A stretch of DNA of 64,000 nucleotides. It comes from Candidatus Levyibacteriota bacterium. GTDB taxonomy: Bacteria > Patescibacteriota > Microgenomatia > Levybacterales > UBA12049. This document shows, one piece after another, positions 1 through 9,072 of the stretch; positions within the stretch are counted from its first letter, which is position 1; each line of letters starts with the position of its first letter. The stretch covers positions 158,726-222,725 of the forward strand of contig DAHWUP010000001.1 of NCBI GenBank assembly GCA_027334565.1, given 5' to 3'. Below the pieces are notes generated by a model. The model ran no database searches. It was not told the origin of the DNA and worked only from the letters and a program-made list of their open reading frames with translations. The position numbers and the translations under genes were made by a program.

Positions 1-2
1 AT

Positions 3-605
3 AACACCCTGTATAACTTTTATAAGCTCGTGCAACGCGGGGAAAAACCGACTTTGGATGAGATGATTAAAATTCTAGAAAAAGAATGGATAAATGAAGG
101 CTATAACAGCAAAAAACACGAACAAGAGAACATACAAAGAGCAGTAAAAACATTGAAAAATTTTTATAAATCGGAATGTAACCCTCCGGTAAAACCATTG
201 TCTCTGGAATTACCTTTTACTTTCACTCTAAAAGGCGGTGTTAAGGTTTACGGCAAGATCGACAGGATAGATCAAAAAGGCAATGGGATCGAAATCATCG
301 ATTATAAAACGGGCGAGGACAATCCCAAAGCGGATGTTGCACACGAGCTTCAACTTGCAATATACGCTCTGGCGGCGACTAAGGCGAAAGATGAAGTTTT
401 AAACCGCAGGGCAAAGAATATTACCCTTACTTTGCATTTCTTGGAGGGAGGCACCAAGAAATCAATGACTTTTACCAAAAAGGATTTAGATAAATTCGAA
501 AAGGAGTTATTGGAGAAAATCAAGGAAATCGAAAAAAGCGATTTCAAATGCAGCAAAAACATCCTGTGTAAAAACTGTGAATACAAGATATTATGCAATG
601 CATAA
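3..605 (+). CDS. C-terminal PD-(D/E)XK nuclease domain of an AddA/AddB/UvrD-like helicase-nuclease (5'-partial)
   Basis: Frame open to window start; GKIDRID...IIDYKTG and QLAIYA RecB-family motifs; C-terminal CxxCx5C Fe-S staple. Confidence 0.85.
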   Translation, partial: NTLYNFYKLVQRGEKPTLDEMIKILEKEWINEGYNSKKHEQENIQRAVKTLKNFYKSECNPPVKPLSLELPFTFTLKGGVKVYGKIDRIDQKGNGIEIIDYKTGEDNPKADVAHELQLAIYALAATKAKDEVLNRRAKNITLTLHFLEGGTKKSMTFTKKDLDKFEKELLEKIKEIEKSDFKCSKNILCKNCEYKILCNA

Positions 606-631
606 TATCATAGCCCCAAAGCTTGAAGGAT

Positions 632-652
632 AAAATTCTTTGTAACGCCTGA
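632..652 (+). pseudogene. Orphan synonymous duplicate of the upstream gene's 3' end (KILCNA*)
   Basis: AAA ATT CTT TGT AAC GCC TGA versus the in-use AAG ATA TTA TGC AAT GCA TAA (585-605). Confidence 0.85.
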
Positions 653-729
653 CATTCCCCCCTTTTGTACCAACAGCATGAACATGCGAATATTTTGATA
701 CATATGAACTCGACTTCCGGGATGAAATT

Positions 730-738
730 TGCTAAAAT
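730..738 (+). promoter_or_regulatory. Extended -10 promoter for rnpB
   Basis: TGcTAAAAT about 10 nt upstream of the P1 helix. Confidence 0.6.
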
Positions 739-748
739 ACACTCGATC

Positions 749-1134
749 TTGCGGAAGGAGAGTTGCTACTGAGTACCGAAAGGTGCTTAGAGGAAAGTCC
801 AGACAGGAATAAGGACGGGGACGGAGCGTAAAGCTCCGGTTAGCAATAACCGGTGTTCCGATTTTTGCCTACATGTGAATCGGAAACGGATTTCGAAATG
901 ACGGAATCCGAGAGCAACAGAGACGAGTAGGGGTGAAACGGGCAATCCCACCTGCTGCAACCTCCGAATTGGTGCGTTAAAACTTTTCCTTTAAGGAGTA
1001 CCAAAAGATTGAGGGCATCCCGAAATAAACGGGGCGAGAACGACCGAATATCGTATCGAGATAGATTGCAACTTATAACCCTAAAGAGAAATCGAATAGG
1101 TTAAAAACAGAATCTGGCTTATTACCTTCCGCAA
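749..1134 (+). ncRNA. rnpB: RNase P RNA
   Basis: GAGGAAAGTCC (790-800) and ACAGAATCTGGCTTAT universal motifs; P1 TTGCGGAAGG/CCTTCCGCAA; AGAGCAACAGAGA and GGGTGAAACGGGCAATCCCA conserved regions. Confidence 0.95.
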
Positions 1135-1143
1135 CGATCATAA

Positions 1144-2175
1144 TTATTGCGCCTCGTGGTGAGTTATTTTTTCCAAGGAATATTCAAAAATTACCATTAA
1201 AATCCCTGCGATAGGAACCGCCAAAATAAGACCCAAGATTCCCGCACTATGCTCACCGGCAATGACCGCGAATAAAATTACCAAGGGATGAAGCTTGGTG
1301 ATCTTTCCCATCACATAAGGCGTAATAAAATAGTCTTGTATTTGCCTTAAGACAAAATAAATAACTATTACCGCAATTGCGATTTGGAACGGATCCAAAC
1401 CGAAATTGGCAGTACCTCCAAGATATGCCACTATTGCCGCAACGCCTCCTGCGACGATCGGTCCGATGATCGGTACTATTTCCGCAAAACCCGAGAAAAC
1501 CGCAAGGATCAACGAGAATTTAACCCCCAAAATAGTCAATGCGACAAACAGTACCAGGGAAACAAAAAACACCAGGAATAATTGACCTCTGAGATAACTG
1601 ACCAAGACGGAGTTTATTTTACGCAACAGTATATCCAATTCTATCCGGTAATTATGTGGAAAATAGTTCAATATCTTGTCAACCATTCCCCTCCCACCTT
1701 GTAAAAAATAAAATGCGGAAAAAAGAAAAATTATGAAACCAAAAATTCTTGAAAACACCTGCGGAAAAACGGAAAATGCGGAAGGATAACTAAAAGTGGA
1801 TGTCTTTTCCACTGTCGATAAGATGTCTACGACCGTCGGCCTAAGCCAGACAGGCATGTTATTGATTTGATTTTTTGCCGTCATTGTCAGCGCATAAACT
1901 TCATGGCGCAGTTCTTGGGTTTCTTCTCCTATCCTCTGTGAAAACAGTATGCCCGTACCGACAAATATAAAAATCAGTATAAGATAGATTACCGCTACGG
2001 AAAGAGTTCTCGGAAGTTTAAACTTTTCGGAAAAGAAGCTTACCACGGGATTAAAAATATAGGCAAATATCGCTGCGATAACAAAAGGAGTAAGGATAGC
2101 CCTTTCAATAAACAGAAACCAAAGCACAAAAAGACCGATTACGATTAGAAAAACCGACCTTAGTCTTAAAGTCAT
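1144..2175 (-). CDS. AI-2E family transporter
   Basis: Multi-TM; YLRGQL, IVPIIGP and LHPLVILFAVIAG motifs. Confidence 0.9.
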   Translation of the reverse strand: MTLRLRSVFLIVIGLFVLWFLFIERAILTPFVIAAIFAYIFNPVVSFFSEKFKLPRTLSVAVIYLILIFIFVGTGILFSQRIGEETQELRHEVYALTMTAKNQINNMPVWLRPTVVDILSTVEKTSTFSYPSAFSVFPQVFSRIFGFIIFLFSAFYFLQGGRGMVDKILNYFPHNYRIELDILLRKINSVLVSYLRGQLFLVFFVSLVLFVALTILGVKFSLILAVFSGFAEIVPIIGPIVAGGVAAIVAYLGGTANFGLDPFQIAIAVIVIYFVLRQIQDYFITPYVMGKITKLHPLVILFAVIAGEHSAGILGLILAVPIAGILMVIFEYSLEKITHHEAQ

Positions 2176-2218
2176 ACCTAAGAGTATTATAACAAATCCT
2201 GGCTTATAATACTTACAA

Positions 2219-2491
2219 TTATCTGACTGCTTTCTTTAAGGTTTTGCCAGGGGTAAAGCCTGGAGCTTTGCGAGCCGCAATGGTAATTTTTTCTCCTGTT
2301 TTAGGATTTCTTCCCGGTCTGGAGGCTCTCTTTCTTACGGAAAATGTTCCAAATCCGGTTATCACTACCTTTTCGCCTCTTTTAAGTGAATCTCTGATTC
2401 CGTTTAGAAAAACGGTAACCGACTCTCGTGCGGCTTTGTTGGTCAGGTTACCTTTTTTTGCGACCAGTTCAATAAGGTCTTTTTTTGTCAT
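2219..2491 (-). CDS. hup: HU family DNA-binding protein
   Basis: MTKKDLI...GFGTFSVRKRASRPGRNPKTGE; GGAGGTGA SD; TTGACA-17-TATTGT promoter upstream. Confidence 0.95.
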   Translation of the reverse strand: MTKKDLIELVAKKGNLTNKAARESVTVFLNGIRDSLKRGEKVVITGFGTFSVRKRASRPGRNPKTGEKITIAARKAPGFTPGKTLKKAVR

Positions 2492-2562
2492 TAAATTCAC
2501 CTCCTCCCGGGCCGATGGCCTGTTTTGATTTAGGTTAACAATACAATGTAATCAAATAGTTG

Positions 2563-3096
2563 TCAAGAGGAATCTTTTGGATAAATTCTATATTCCGCTT
2601 CATCAAGAACGTTTCCGGCCAAATTGATTTTTTTATATTCGTCTTCGATTACACCGCCTAAATACTCCGCGATCTTTCGGCTCGGGATGTTTCTTTTATC
2701 AACCGGATATTTAATATATTGGTAGGTAATATTCTCATCGATCCAATCCCTTAATCCTTTGACCGCCTCCCTGCCGTACCGATGACCGTGTGCTTTCTTT
2801 TTTATCCAGATACCCAATTCCGGCCTGTTTGAATTTAGTTTCGATGCGCCTGCGTGCCCTAAAAATTCATTGGTCTCTTTATCCAAAATTGCTACCGACA
2901 GTTCTAAACCGGATAGCATACCTTTGACCGCGGAATCAATAAAATGCAACGTTTCATCCATTTGTGCCGCCGGCTTTGGAAACATGTAAATGGAGATTTC
3001 GTCGGTAAATTCATTAAAAATTTCCGTAGCATATTTTCGTGAGGTAGGTACAAGTTTTAATCTGTCGGTCGTTATGACAACTTTTGTTAAATCCAT
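2563..3096 (-). CDS. GNAT (RimJ/RimL-like) acetyltransferase
   Basis: TDRLKL, ELGIWI..HGHRYGREA, NIPSRKIAE motifs. Confidence 0.85.
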   Translation of the reverse strand: MDLTKVVITTDRLKLVPTSRKYATEIFNEFTDEISIYMFPKPAAQMDETLHFIDSAVKGMLSGLELSVAILDKETNEFLGHAGASKLNSNRPELGIWIKKKAHGHRYGREAVKGLRDWIDENITYQYIKYPVDKRNIPSRKIAEYLGGVIEDEYKKINLAGNVLDEAEYRIYPKDSS

Positions 3097-3119
3097 ATAA
3101 AAATTATAACAAAAACCGA

Positions 3120-4364
3120 TTATGAAGAGAATTCGCTGGCGGTAGCCCTAAATTCGCGGATGGCGGTAACCTTGATCTCCCCGGGAACCGCTTGTGATTT
3201 TGCGACTTCGTCTCTAATTTTTGTGGCCACCACGGTTGTTTGTTCGTCGGTTAGCTTGCCAGGATCGATGATGACCCTAAGCTCTCTTCCGGCTTCAAAT
3301 GCATAAGCATCCTCAACTCCCTCGTGTTTTTTGGCTATTTCTTCCATCTCCGTCAACCGTTTGCCGTATTCTTCCACATCCTCATATCGGGCTCCCGGTC
3401 TTGCACCCGAGATCTGATCCGCAATATGCACTATCACCGACTCTACGGACGTGAACGGTTTATCTTCATGGTGCTCCGCGACGCAATTTACTACCGGTTC
3501 GGGAATGCCGTGTTTCTTAAGAAAATCAACTCCCAAAGTGACATGACTTCCCTCGCCTTCCAAAACTTTCCCGATATCGTGGAACAGACAGCCGACCCGA
3601 ACTATGTTTACGTTTGCTCCAAGTTCTTCGGCGATATGCACCCCGATCTTAACATCTTCTAACGTATGAACTATCAAATTTTGTCCGAATGAGGTTCTGA
3701 ATTTAAATCTCCCCAAAACCGAAAGCATGTCTCTTGAAAGATTGAAAACTCCTGCTTCGTGAGCCAGTTTTTCCCCTTCCTCAAACATAATTTTTTCGAC
3801 TTCCTTTTTGGCCTCTTCAACAATTTCTTCGATCCTAAACGGCTGTATCCTGGTATCTCTGATAAGTTTTTCAAGCGAACGTCGGGCGATTTCCCTTCTT
3901 ACCTGGTCAAATGACGAAAGCCTGATTACCCCTTCTTCATCCAAATCCACATCCACTCCGGTTGCCTGCTCAAAAGCCCTGATATTCCTTCCCTCTTTCC
4001 CGATTATCCTGCCTTTGATTTCTTCATCGGGGATCTTGACCACCGAAACGGTGTATTCCGCAATGAACTTCAAAGCACCGAAACGCATACTGTCCAGAAG
4101 TATTTCCTGAGCATTTTTATCGGAGGTTGATTTTGCCTCATCTTCTCTCTCCTTGATGATCTTGGCAACGGCTTTCGCTTCGTCCATCTCAAGCTGTTCG
4201 AACAACTCTTTTTTTGCCTGTTCTTCGGTCAGGCCTGAAGCGTTCTCCAGTTTTTCGCGATATTTTTCTTTCAGCTCCTCAAGCTTTTGCCTGTCTTGTT
4301 CAAGTTTCTCTTCTCTATCGAGAAGCTTTTTTTCCAGTGCTATTAAATCCTGATTGTTTGCCAT
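3120..4364 (-). CDS. rny: Ribonuclease Y (no N-terminal TM anchor evident)
   Basis: KH domain KGRIIGKEGRNIR; HD domain FHDIGK; ISGARPGAR. Confidence 0.95.
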   Translation of the reverse strand: MANNQDLIALEKKLLDREEKLEQDRQKLEELKEKYREKLENASGLTEEQAKKELFEQLEMDEAKAVAKIIKEREDEAKSTSDKNAQEILLDSMRFGALKFIAEYTVSVVKIPDEEIKGRIIGKEGRNIRAFEQATGVDVDLDEEGVIRLSSFDQVRREIARRSLEKLIRDTRIQPFRIEEIVEEAKKEVEKIMFEEGEKLAHEAGVFNLSRDMLSVLGRFKFRTSFGQNLIVHTLEDVKIGVHIAEELGANVNIVRVGCLFHDIGKVLEGEGSHVTLGVDFLKKHGIPEPVVNCVAEHHEDKPFTSVESVIVHIADQISGARPGARYEDVEEYGKRLTEMEEIAKKHEGVEDAYAFEAGRELRVIIDPGKLTDEQTTVVATKIRDEVAKSQAVPGEIKVTAIREFRATASEFSS

Positions 4365-4380
4365 ATCGTATTTTTTTAAG

Positions 4381-4472
4381 ACAAAAGAAGACCCAAATTA
4401 ATGGGCTGACGGATAAGATGAATTTTGCAAGAAAAATCTATCCATATCTTTCCTTTTGTTCATTCAATTATA
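4381..4472 (-). promoter_or_regulatory. rny promoter (-10 TATAAT at 4467-4472) and structured 5' leader
   Basis: Three stems: ACAAAAGGA/TTCTTTTGT, ATGGATA/TATCCGT, GCCCA/TGGGT. Confidence 0.55.
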
Positions 4473-4949
4473 CTATTCTTCCAAAACCCGGTCAATAACA
4501 TCTTTAACGGTATCCCAGTCAAAACCCCTTGAAGCCAAATATCTCCCGAGTTTTTCGCGGATTTTAAATTTCTCCTTATCGTGTATCGTCCTTAATTTTT
4601 TTTCTGCCAATTTGAATGCACTTTCTTTATCCTGCCCACCGCTCTTGTTCATTGATTCATAATTCTCTATTATATCTTCCGCAATTCCTTTCATCTTAAG
4701 CTCCGATTTTATGATACGCCATGACCGGGGCTTAATTTCGGTATGTGATCTGATCCACATCCTGGCAAATTCTTCGTCGTTTATAAATTTATCACGCTTC
4801 AGGCTTTCGACAATTTTTTGTGCCGTCAAATCGTTACATTTCTTCCTTTTAAGGTAGCCACGCATCTCTTTTTCGCTACGCTGTCGTAAGGACAAAAACC
4901 TTATGGAGGATTTATAGAATTTATCGAATTCTTCCATTGTTCGGAACAA
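4473..4949 (-). CDS. recX: Regulatory protein RecX
   Basis: LSLRQRSEKEM, FINDEEFA, ELKMKGI, LASRGF; downstream of recA. Confidence 0.9.
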   Translation of the reverse strand: MFRTMEEFDKFYKSSIRFLSLRQRSEKEMRGYLKRKKCNDLTAQKIVESLKRDKFINDEEFARMWIRSHTEIKPRSWRIIKSELKMKGIAEDIIENYESMNKSGGQDKESAFKLAEKKLRTIHDKEKFKIREKLGRYLASRGFDWDTVKDVIDRVLEE

Positions 4950-4952
4950 TTA

Positions 4953-6047
4953 CTATTCTTTCGAGTCGTGGCTTTCAACTCCGACCTCAACCTGCGCCGG
5001 AGAATTCTTACTTTTGGTCATTATCTCTTCGACAATTCTTTTGGCAATTTCGGGTTTTTCTTTTAAATATAGAATTGCTGCCTGCTTTCCTTGCCCAAGC
5101 ATTGTTTCACCGTACCTGAAGAACGCCCCGGATTTTTGCACAATTCCCATTTCAACTCCGACATCCATAATTCCGCCTTCCCTTGAAATTCCGGTATCCG
5201 CCATCACGTCGAATTCGGCAATTCGGAAGGGTGCGGAAACTTTATTCTTGACGATCTTGGCCCTGTGCCTTGAGCCGACCACTCTGTCGCCTTCTTTAAG
5301 GCTTTCTATTTTGCGGATATCGATCCTGACCGACGCATAGAACTTTAGAGCCAAACCGCCGGTAGTGGTTTCGGGATTCCCGAACATCACGCCTATTTTC
5401 TGTCTTAGCTGGTTGGTAAAAATTACCACGGTTTTGGACTTTGATATGACGGCGGTTAGTTTTCTTAAAGCCTGCGACATTAACCTTGCCTGAAGACCGA
5501 TAATCGCATCGCCCATTTCGCCTTCGATCTCGGCGCGTGGCACCAATGCGGCTACGGAATCAATGACCAAAACGTCAACACCGCCCGAACGGATCAGCGA
5601 CTCGGCGATTTCCAAAGCCTGTTCGCCGGTATCGGGCTGCGAAATCAACAACTCGTCCAACTTTACTCCGATCCTTTCTGCCCATAACGGGTCGAGCGCA
5701 TGTTCGGCGTCGATAAACGCGGCTATGCCTCCGTGCTTTTGTGTCTGTGCGATAATGGATAGACAAACCGTAGTTTTTCCCGAGGCTTCGGGTCCGTAGA
5801 TTTCGATTACCCTTCCTCTTGGCACTCCGCCTACACCAAGTGCTAAATCCAAAGGAAGGCAACCCGTTGAGATCACCGACACGTCCAGTTTTTGTCCGAT
5901 ATCGCCAAAACGCATTATACTGCCACGGCCATACTGTTTTTCGATCTGTTCCATCGCCAGCTTTACAGCTTCCATTTTTTGGGAGTTCTCTTCGTGGTTC
6001 ACCGGAGCAGATTTTTCCGTTCTTGTCGAAGCAGCGCGCCTAGCCAT
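4953..6047 (-). CDS. recA: Recombinase RecA
   Basis: GPEASGKTT Walker A; [11 protein letters not shown]; [12 protein letters not shown]. Confidence 0.99.
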   Translation of the reverse strand: MARRAASTRTEKSAPVNHEENSQKMEAVKLAMEQIEKQYGRGSIMRFGDIGQKLDVSVISTGCLPLDLALGVGGVPRGRVIEIYGPEASGKTTVCLSIIAQTQKHGGIAAFIDAEHALDPLWAERIGVKLDELLISQPDTGEQALEIAESLIRSGGVDVLVIDSVAALVPRAEIEGEMGDAIIGLQARLMSQALRKLTAVISKSKTVVIFTNQLRQKIGVMFGNPETTTGGLALKFYASVRIDIRKIESLKEGDRVVGSRHRAKIVKNKVSAPFRIAEFDVMADTGISREGGIMDVGVEMGIVQKSGAFFRYGETMLGQGKQAAILYLKEKPEIAKRIVEEIMTKSKNSPAQVEVGVESHDSKE

Positions 6048-6178
6048 AACTAATAGCCCATTCTAATAATTTTCTATAACGATTTCAATATGACAAAGTG
6101 TATCAGAATGTTTATTTTTGCCGTGTTTGTAAGCAAAATCACATAACCTTAAACGTGTATTTATTATCATGAGCGGCA

Positions 6179-6745
6179 ATGAGAAAAATATATTTGTTTA
6201 TGATGGTAAGTCTTGACGGCTTTTTTGAAGGGTTAGACCACGATTTAAGCTGGCATAATGTCGATTTACAGTTTGAGAGATTTGCAAATGATCAACTTCA
6301 AAATACCGGATCAATTTTATTCGGGCGCAAAACCTATGAAATGATGGCCGGTTTTTGGCCAACGGAAAAAGGAGATACCTCCCCTATCACCCAAAAATAT
6401 ATGAACAGCATCCCTAAGTTTGCAATTTCACGAACACTTAAAAAGGCAGACTGGATCAACACAACGCTTATCAATAAAAATATTAAAGACGAGATTAACA
6501 AGCTGAAAAACGAAGAAGGAAAGGAAATCGCTATTCTGGGCAGTAACAATTTGTCTGTCGGATTACTAAAACTCGGGTTGATCGAAGAAATAAGAATAAT
6601 GTTAAATCCGGTGGCCATCGGCAAAGGCACTTTGCTATTTCAGGGACTAAATAAGTCCATCCGTTTTGAGCTTATAAGCCTTCGCAAATTTTCTTCGGGA
6701 AACGTTTTACTGATTTATAATCCGCCACATAGCCGTATTGCTTAA
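6179..6745 (+). CDS. Dihydrofolate reductase / RibD C-terminal family protein
   Basis: MVSLDGF, LFGRKTYE, PVAIGKGTLLF. Confidence 0.85.
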   Translation: MRKIYLFMMVSLDGFFEGLDHDLSWHNVDLQFERFANDQLQNTGSILFGRKTYEMMAGFWPTEKGDTSPITQKYMNSIPKFAISRTLKKADWINTTLINKNIKDEINKLKNEEGKEIAILGSNNLSVGLLKLGLIEEIRIMLNPVAIGKGTLLFQGLNKSIRFELISLRKFSSGNVLLIYNPPHSRIA

Positions 6746-6758
6746 TATCGGCCTGCTG

Positions 6759-6829
6759 TCGGGGAGCCGAGAATTGAACTCGGCCCACACGCACCCCATG
6801 CGCGCATTCTACCGATAAACTACTCCCCG
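6759..6829 (-). tRNA. tRNA-Pro(GGG), CCA not encoded
   Basis: Cloverleaf CGGGGAG...CTCCCCG A; anticodon arm CGCGC-ATGGGGT-GCGTG; GTTCAA T-loop; TGaTATAAT upstream. Confidence 0.95.
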
Positions 6830-6870
6830 ATAGCAAATGAATTATATCAGAAAATCAGCCGTTATTTAGA

Positions 6871-7365
6871 TTAAACCTGGAATAATATTTTATAATTTGC
6901 TCCTTTTCTACCCAAAACTGATTCAAAAAGCGTAATTTTATTTACTCTTTCTCTCCAACCGATCGCTTTAAACTTTATATCCTCCAGCTTTTTACCGTCT
7001 TTAAACCGCGCGACAGTAATATGAGCCTTGAACCCAGTTTGGTTTCCGTGAGGGAACATTCCTCTTAGACTTTTTAAAAGTTTAAAAATTTGTACGGGTG
7101 GGTTCGAACTTTCTATCCAGATTACCTTATTTTTGAAATTAACATTAAACTTATCAAAAACCAACTCACATTCTCCAAATTGAATTTGTTTTAAAAGCGC
7201 AACGGGAAGTTCGGTATTTTCTTCATACCAGGGAGGGATCAGGGTAAGATGTAAATTATCAGGTTTTATGAATCTGACTTTAAGCTTTTTATTTTTTTCC
7301 TGCCATTTCGTGATCTTGCCGGAAAGCTTTTCGGATGATTTGATCCCGATAAATACTCTTGTCAT
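6871..7365 (-). CDS. thpR: RNA 2',3'-cyclic phosphodiesterase (2H family)
   Basis: RVFIGI start; two HxT motifs (NLHLTL, AHITVAR). Confidence 0.85.
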   Translation of the reverse strand: MTRVFIGIKSSEKLSGKITKWQEKNKKLKVRFIKPDNLHLTLIPPWYEENTELPVALLKQIQFGECELVFDKFNVNFKNKVIWIESSNPPVQIFKLLKSLRGMFPHGNQTGFKAHITVARFKDGKKLEDIKFKAIGWRERVNKITLFESVLGRKGANYKILFQV

Positions 7366-7751
7366 TATATATGAAACTCGAGTTGACCGTTTTTGAAAGT
7401 ATAGGTTTGAAGCCTGATATTGGAAATTCCGTCAATAAGTCTTAAGGCTTCATCCTTTTTTCCCTCGGGTACGATCAGATTGAGCAAAACACCAAAACCC
7501 GCGAAATGTTTCCATTCCTCAAGCTCCTCGGATGTCACGGTCTCCTCCGTTTCAACCTCCTCAACCAAATACAGGTTGTTATTCAGGTCCATTACCACTA
7601 CGTCGGGAAAATACGAGCCGGCGACGGAAAAATTATGTTCATCTCCGGGATTTTGGTAGGCGCGGACATCTCCCCGCTCTACCCAGGTTTTATAGGAAGT
7701 ACGGACAATCAGATCGTGTTCTCTTTGCTTCTCCTCGCTTCGTTTACTCAT
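7365..7751 (-). CDS. Hypothetical protein, possible PD-(D/E)XK-like fold
   Basis: YFPDVVV...VEEVET motif; stop overlaps thpR start (TAATG). Confidence 0.55.
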   Translation of the reverse strand: MSKRSEEKQREHDLIVRTSYKTWVERGDVRAYQNPGDEHNFSVAGSYFPDVVVMDLNNNLYLVEEVETEETVTSEELEEWKHFAGFGVLLNLIVPEGKKDEALRLIDGISNIRLQTYTFKNGQLEFHI

Positions 7752-7818
7752 CCTGTCTATATTGTACCAAAACTAAGCAAACGATACCTTGTTATAAGAG
7801 TTTCCAAAAAAAATGAAA

Positions 7819-8271
7819 TTATTGTTCAACGGGAAATCCGGCATTTACCCAAGCATCATATCCGCCTGTCAAATCATTTACATGCGCAAAACCTTTATTC
7901 TGCATTAATTGCATTGCGTTTTGGGAACAGCTGTCCGTCCGGCAATAGATCAGGAACCTGGTTGTTTTATCTTGGGCATCAAGATAATCGGAAAAATTCT
8001 GTGTTTGATTGAAATCGACGTTTTCCGCACCGGCAATATGGCCCTGGTCATATTCGTCCCGGGTCCGGATATCTATCAGCTTGGAACGGTTTTTGGCAAG
8101 GTCGGCGGAAAACTGTTGTGGACTTAAATGCGTGAATGGATTTTCATAACCGACAATTTGATCATTTATTTTTAGTGTTCCGTGTAAAAGAATGTTTGAT
8201 TGAATAAGTGCGGCGGCAATCAAAACTACAGCGATCAACAAAATAAATGCCGTTAAAATTTTTCGCATCAA
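7819..8271 (-). CDS. Membrane-anchored rhodanese-like sulfurtransferase
   Basis: N-terminal hydrophobic helix; LIDIRT..EY..GHIAGA, YCR, LTGGYDAW. Confidence 0.9.
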   Translation of the reverse strand: MMRKILTAFILLIAVVLIAAALIQSNILLHGTLKINDQIVGYENPFTHLSPQQFSADLAKNRSKLIDIRTRDEYDQGHIAGAENVDFNQTQNFSDYLDAQDKTTRFLIYCRTDSCSQNAMQLMQNKGFAHVNDLTGGYDAWVNAGFPVEQ

Positions 8272-8292
8272 AGTTACCTAAAAGTATAACAC

Positions 8293-8321
8293 TTGACTAT
8301 TGTATTAGCAAATGCTAATAT
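8293..8321 (+). promoter_or_regulatory. Promoter TTGACT-17-TAATAT with overlapping ArsR operator
   Basis: Perfect palindrome TATTAGCA-AA-TGCTAATA at 8303-8320. Confidence 0.75.
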
Positions 8322-8328
8322 GTTCTAT

Positions 8329-8595
8329 ATGGCATATTCACCGATAGACGCGTTATCCAATCCCGTCAGAATAAAAATGCTTTGCTGCTTGTCAAAAAAA
8401 AGTCGTTGTGTCGGCGAACTCATCAGCATATGCGGACTTGCCCAGTCTGCCGTATCACAACATCTTATTAAGCTTAAAAAAGCCGGTCTGGTCAAGGCAA
8501 GAAGAAGCGGTAAATTCATTTATTATTCTCTTACCGACCAGAAAGTGGCCAAAGTTGCCAATCAATTAAACGTTTATTGCAAGGAGGTGAATTAA
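8329..8595 (+). CDS. ArsR/SmtB family regulator (BigR/SqrR-like)
   Basis: ALSNPVRIKMLCCL, QSAVSQHL, C-terminal YC. Confidence 0.9.
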   Translation: MAYSPIDALSNPVRIKMLCCLSKKSRCVGELISICGLAQSAVSQHLIKLKKAGLVKARRSGKFIYYSLTDQKVAKVANQLNVYCKEVN

Positions 8596-8849
8596 TGAAA
8601 CCAATAAGTGTTAAATTATACTCTACTACTACTTGCCCTTTTTGCATGATGGAAAAGGCTTGGCTTGAACAGGAAAAAATAAAGCATGAAGTTTCATACG
8701 TAGACGAAAATATCGACGAGGCAAGAAAAATGGTAGCTAAAACCGGACAAATGGGTGTCCCGGTAACCGAGATCAGATACGAAAACGGAAAAGAAGAATA
8801 TGTAATAGGTTTTGATCAACGCAGGCTGTCTCAAATCCTTAAAAACTAA
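8595..8849 (+). CDS. Glutaredoxin / NrdH-like redoxin
   Basis: CPFC, TGQMGVPV; AAGGAGGTGA SD. Confidence 0.9.
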   Translation: MKPISVKLYSTTTCPFCMMEKAWLEQEKIKHEVSYVDENIDEARKMVAKTGQMGVPVTEIRYENGKEEYVIGFDQRRLSQILKN

Positions 8850-8862
8850 GGAGGTGAAAAAT

Positions 8863-9072
8863 ATGTTTGGCAAAAACGAAAGTGATGTTGACAGAATAAT
8901 CAGAGCCGTCGTCGGGTTATTATTGGCAACGGCAAGCTTTATGTATTTAAGCGGGTGGTTACAAATCGTAGCTTATGTGTTAGCGGTCATTCTGCTATTT
9001 ACGGCTATCACGGGATTCTGTCTGATTTATAAATTATTCGGAATTGGTACGCTAAAACAAAAAAGTGTCTAG
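8863..9072 (+). CDS. DUF2892 (YgaP-like) membrane protein
   Basis: KNESDVDRIIR...TAITGFCLIYKLFGIGT; AAGGAGGTGA SD. Confidence 0.9.
   Translation: MFGKNESDVDRIIRAVVGLLLATASFMYLSGWLQIVAYVLAVILLFTAITGFCLIYKLFGIGTLKQKSV

Noticed and set aside
2155-2175. AI-2E N-terminus MTLRLRS resembles a translated CTTCGACTNCGCTCAG repeat
   Set aside because: Nucleotide sequence does not match the repeat; peptide similarity could be chance
2184-2212. AGTATTATAA/TTATAATACT inverted repeat
   Set aside because: Adequately explained as the hup terminator or AI-2E promoter region; AT-only stem
6048-6178. LexA box upstream of recA
   Set aside because: No convincing GAAC-N4-GTTC or CTGT-N8-ACAG palindrome found
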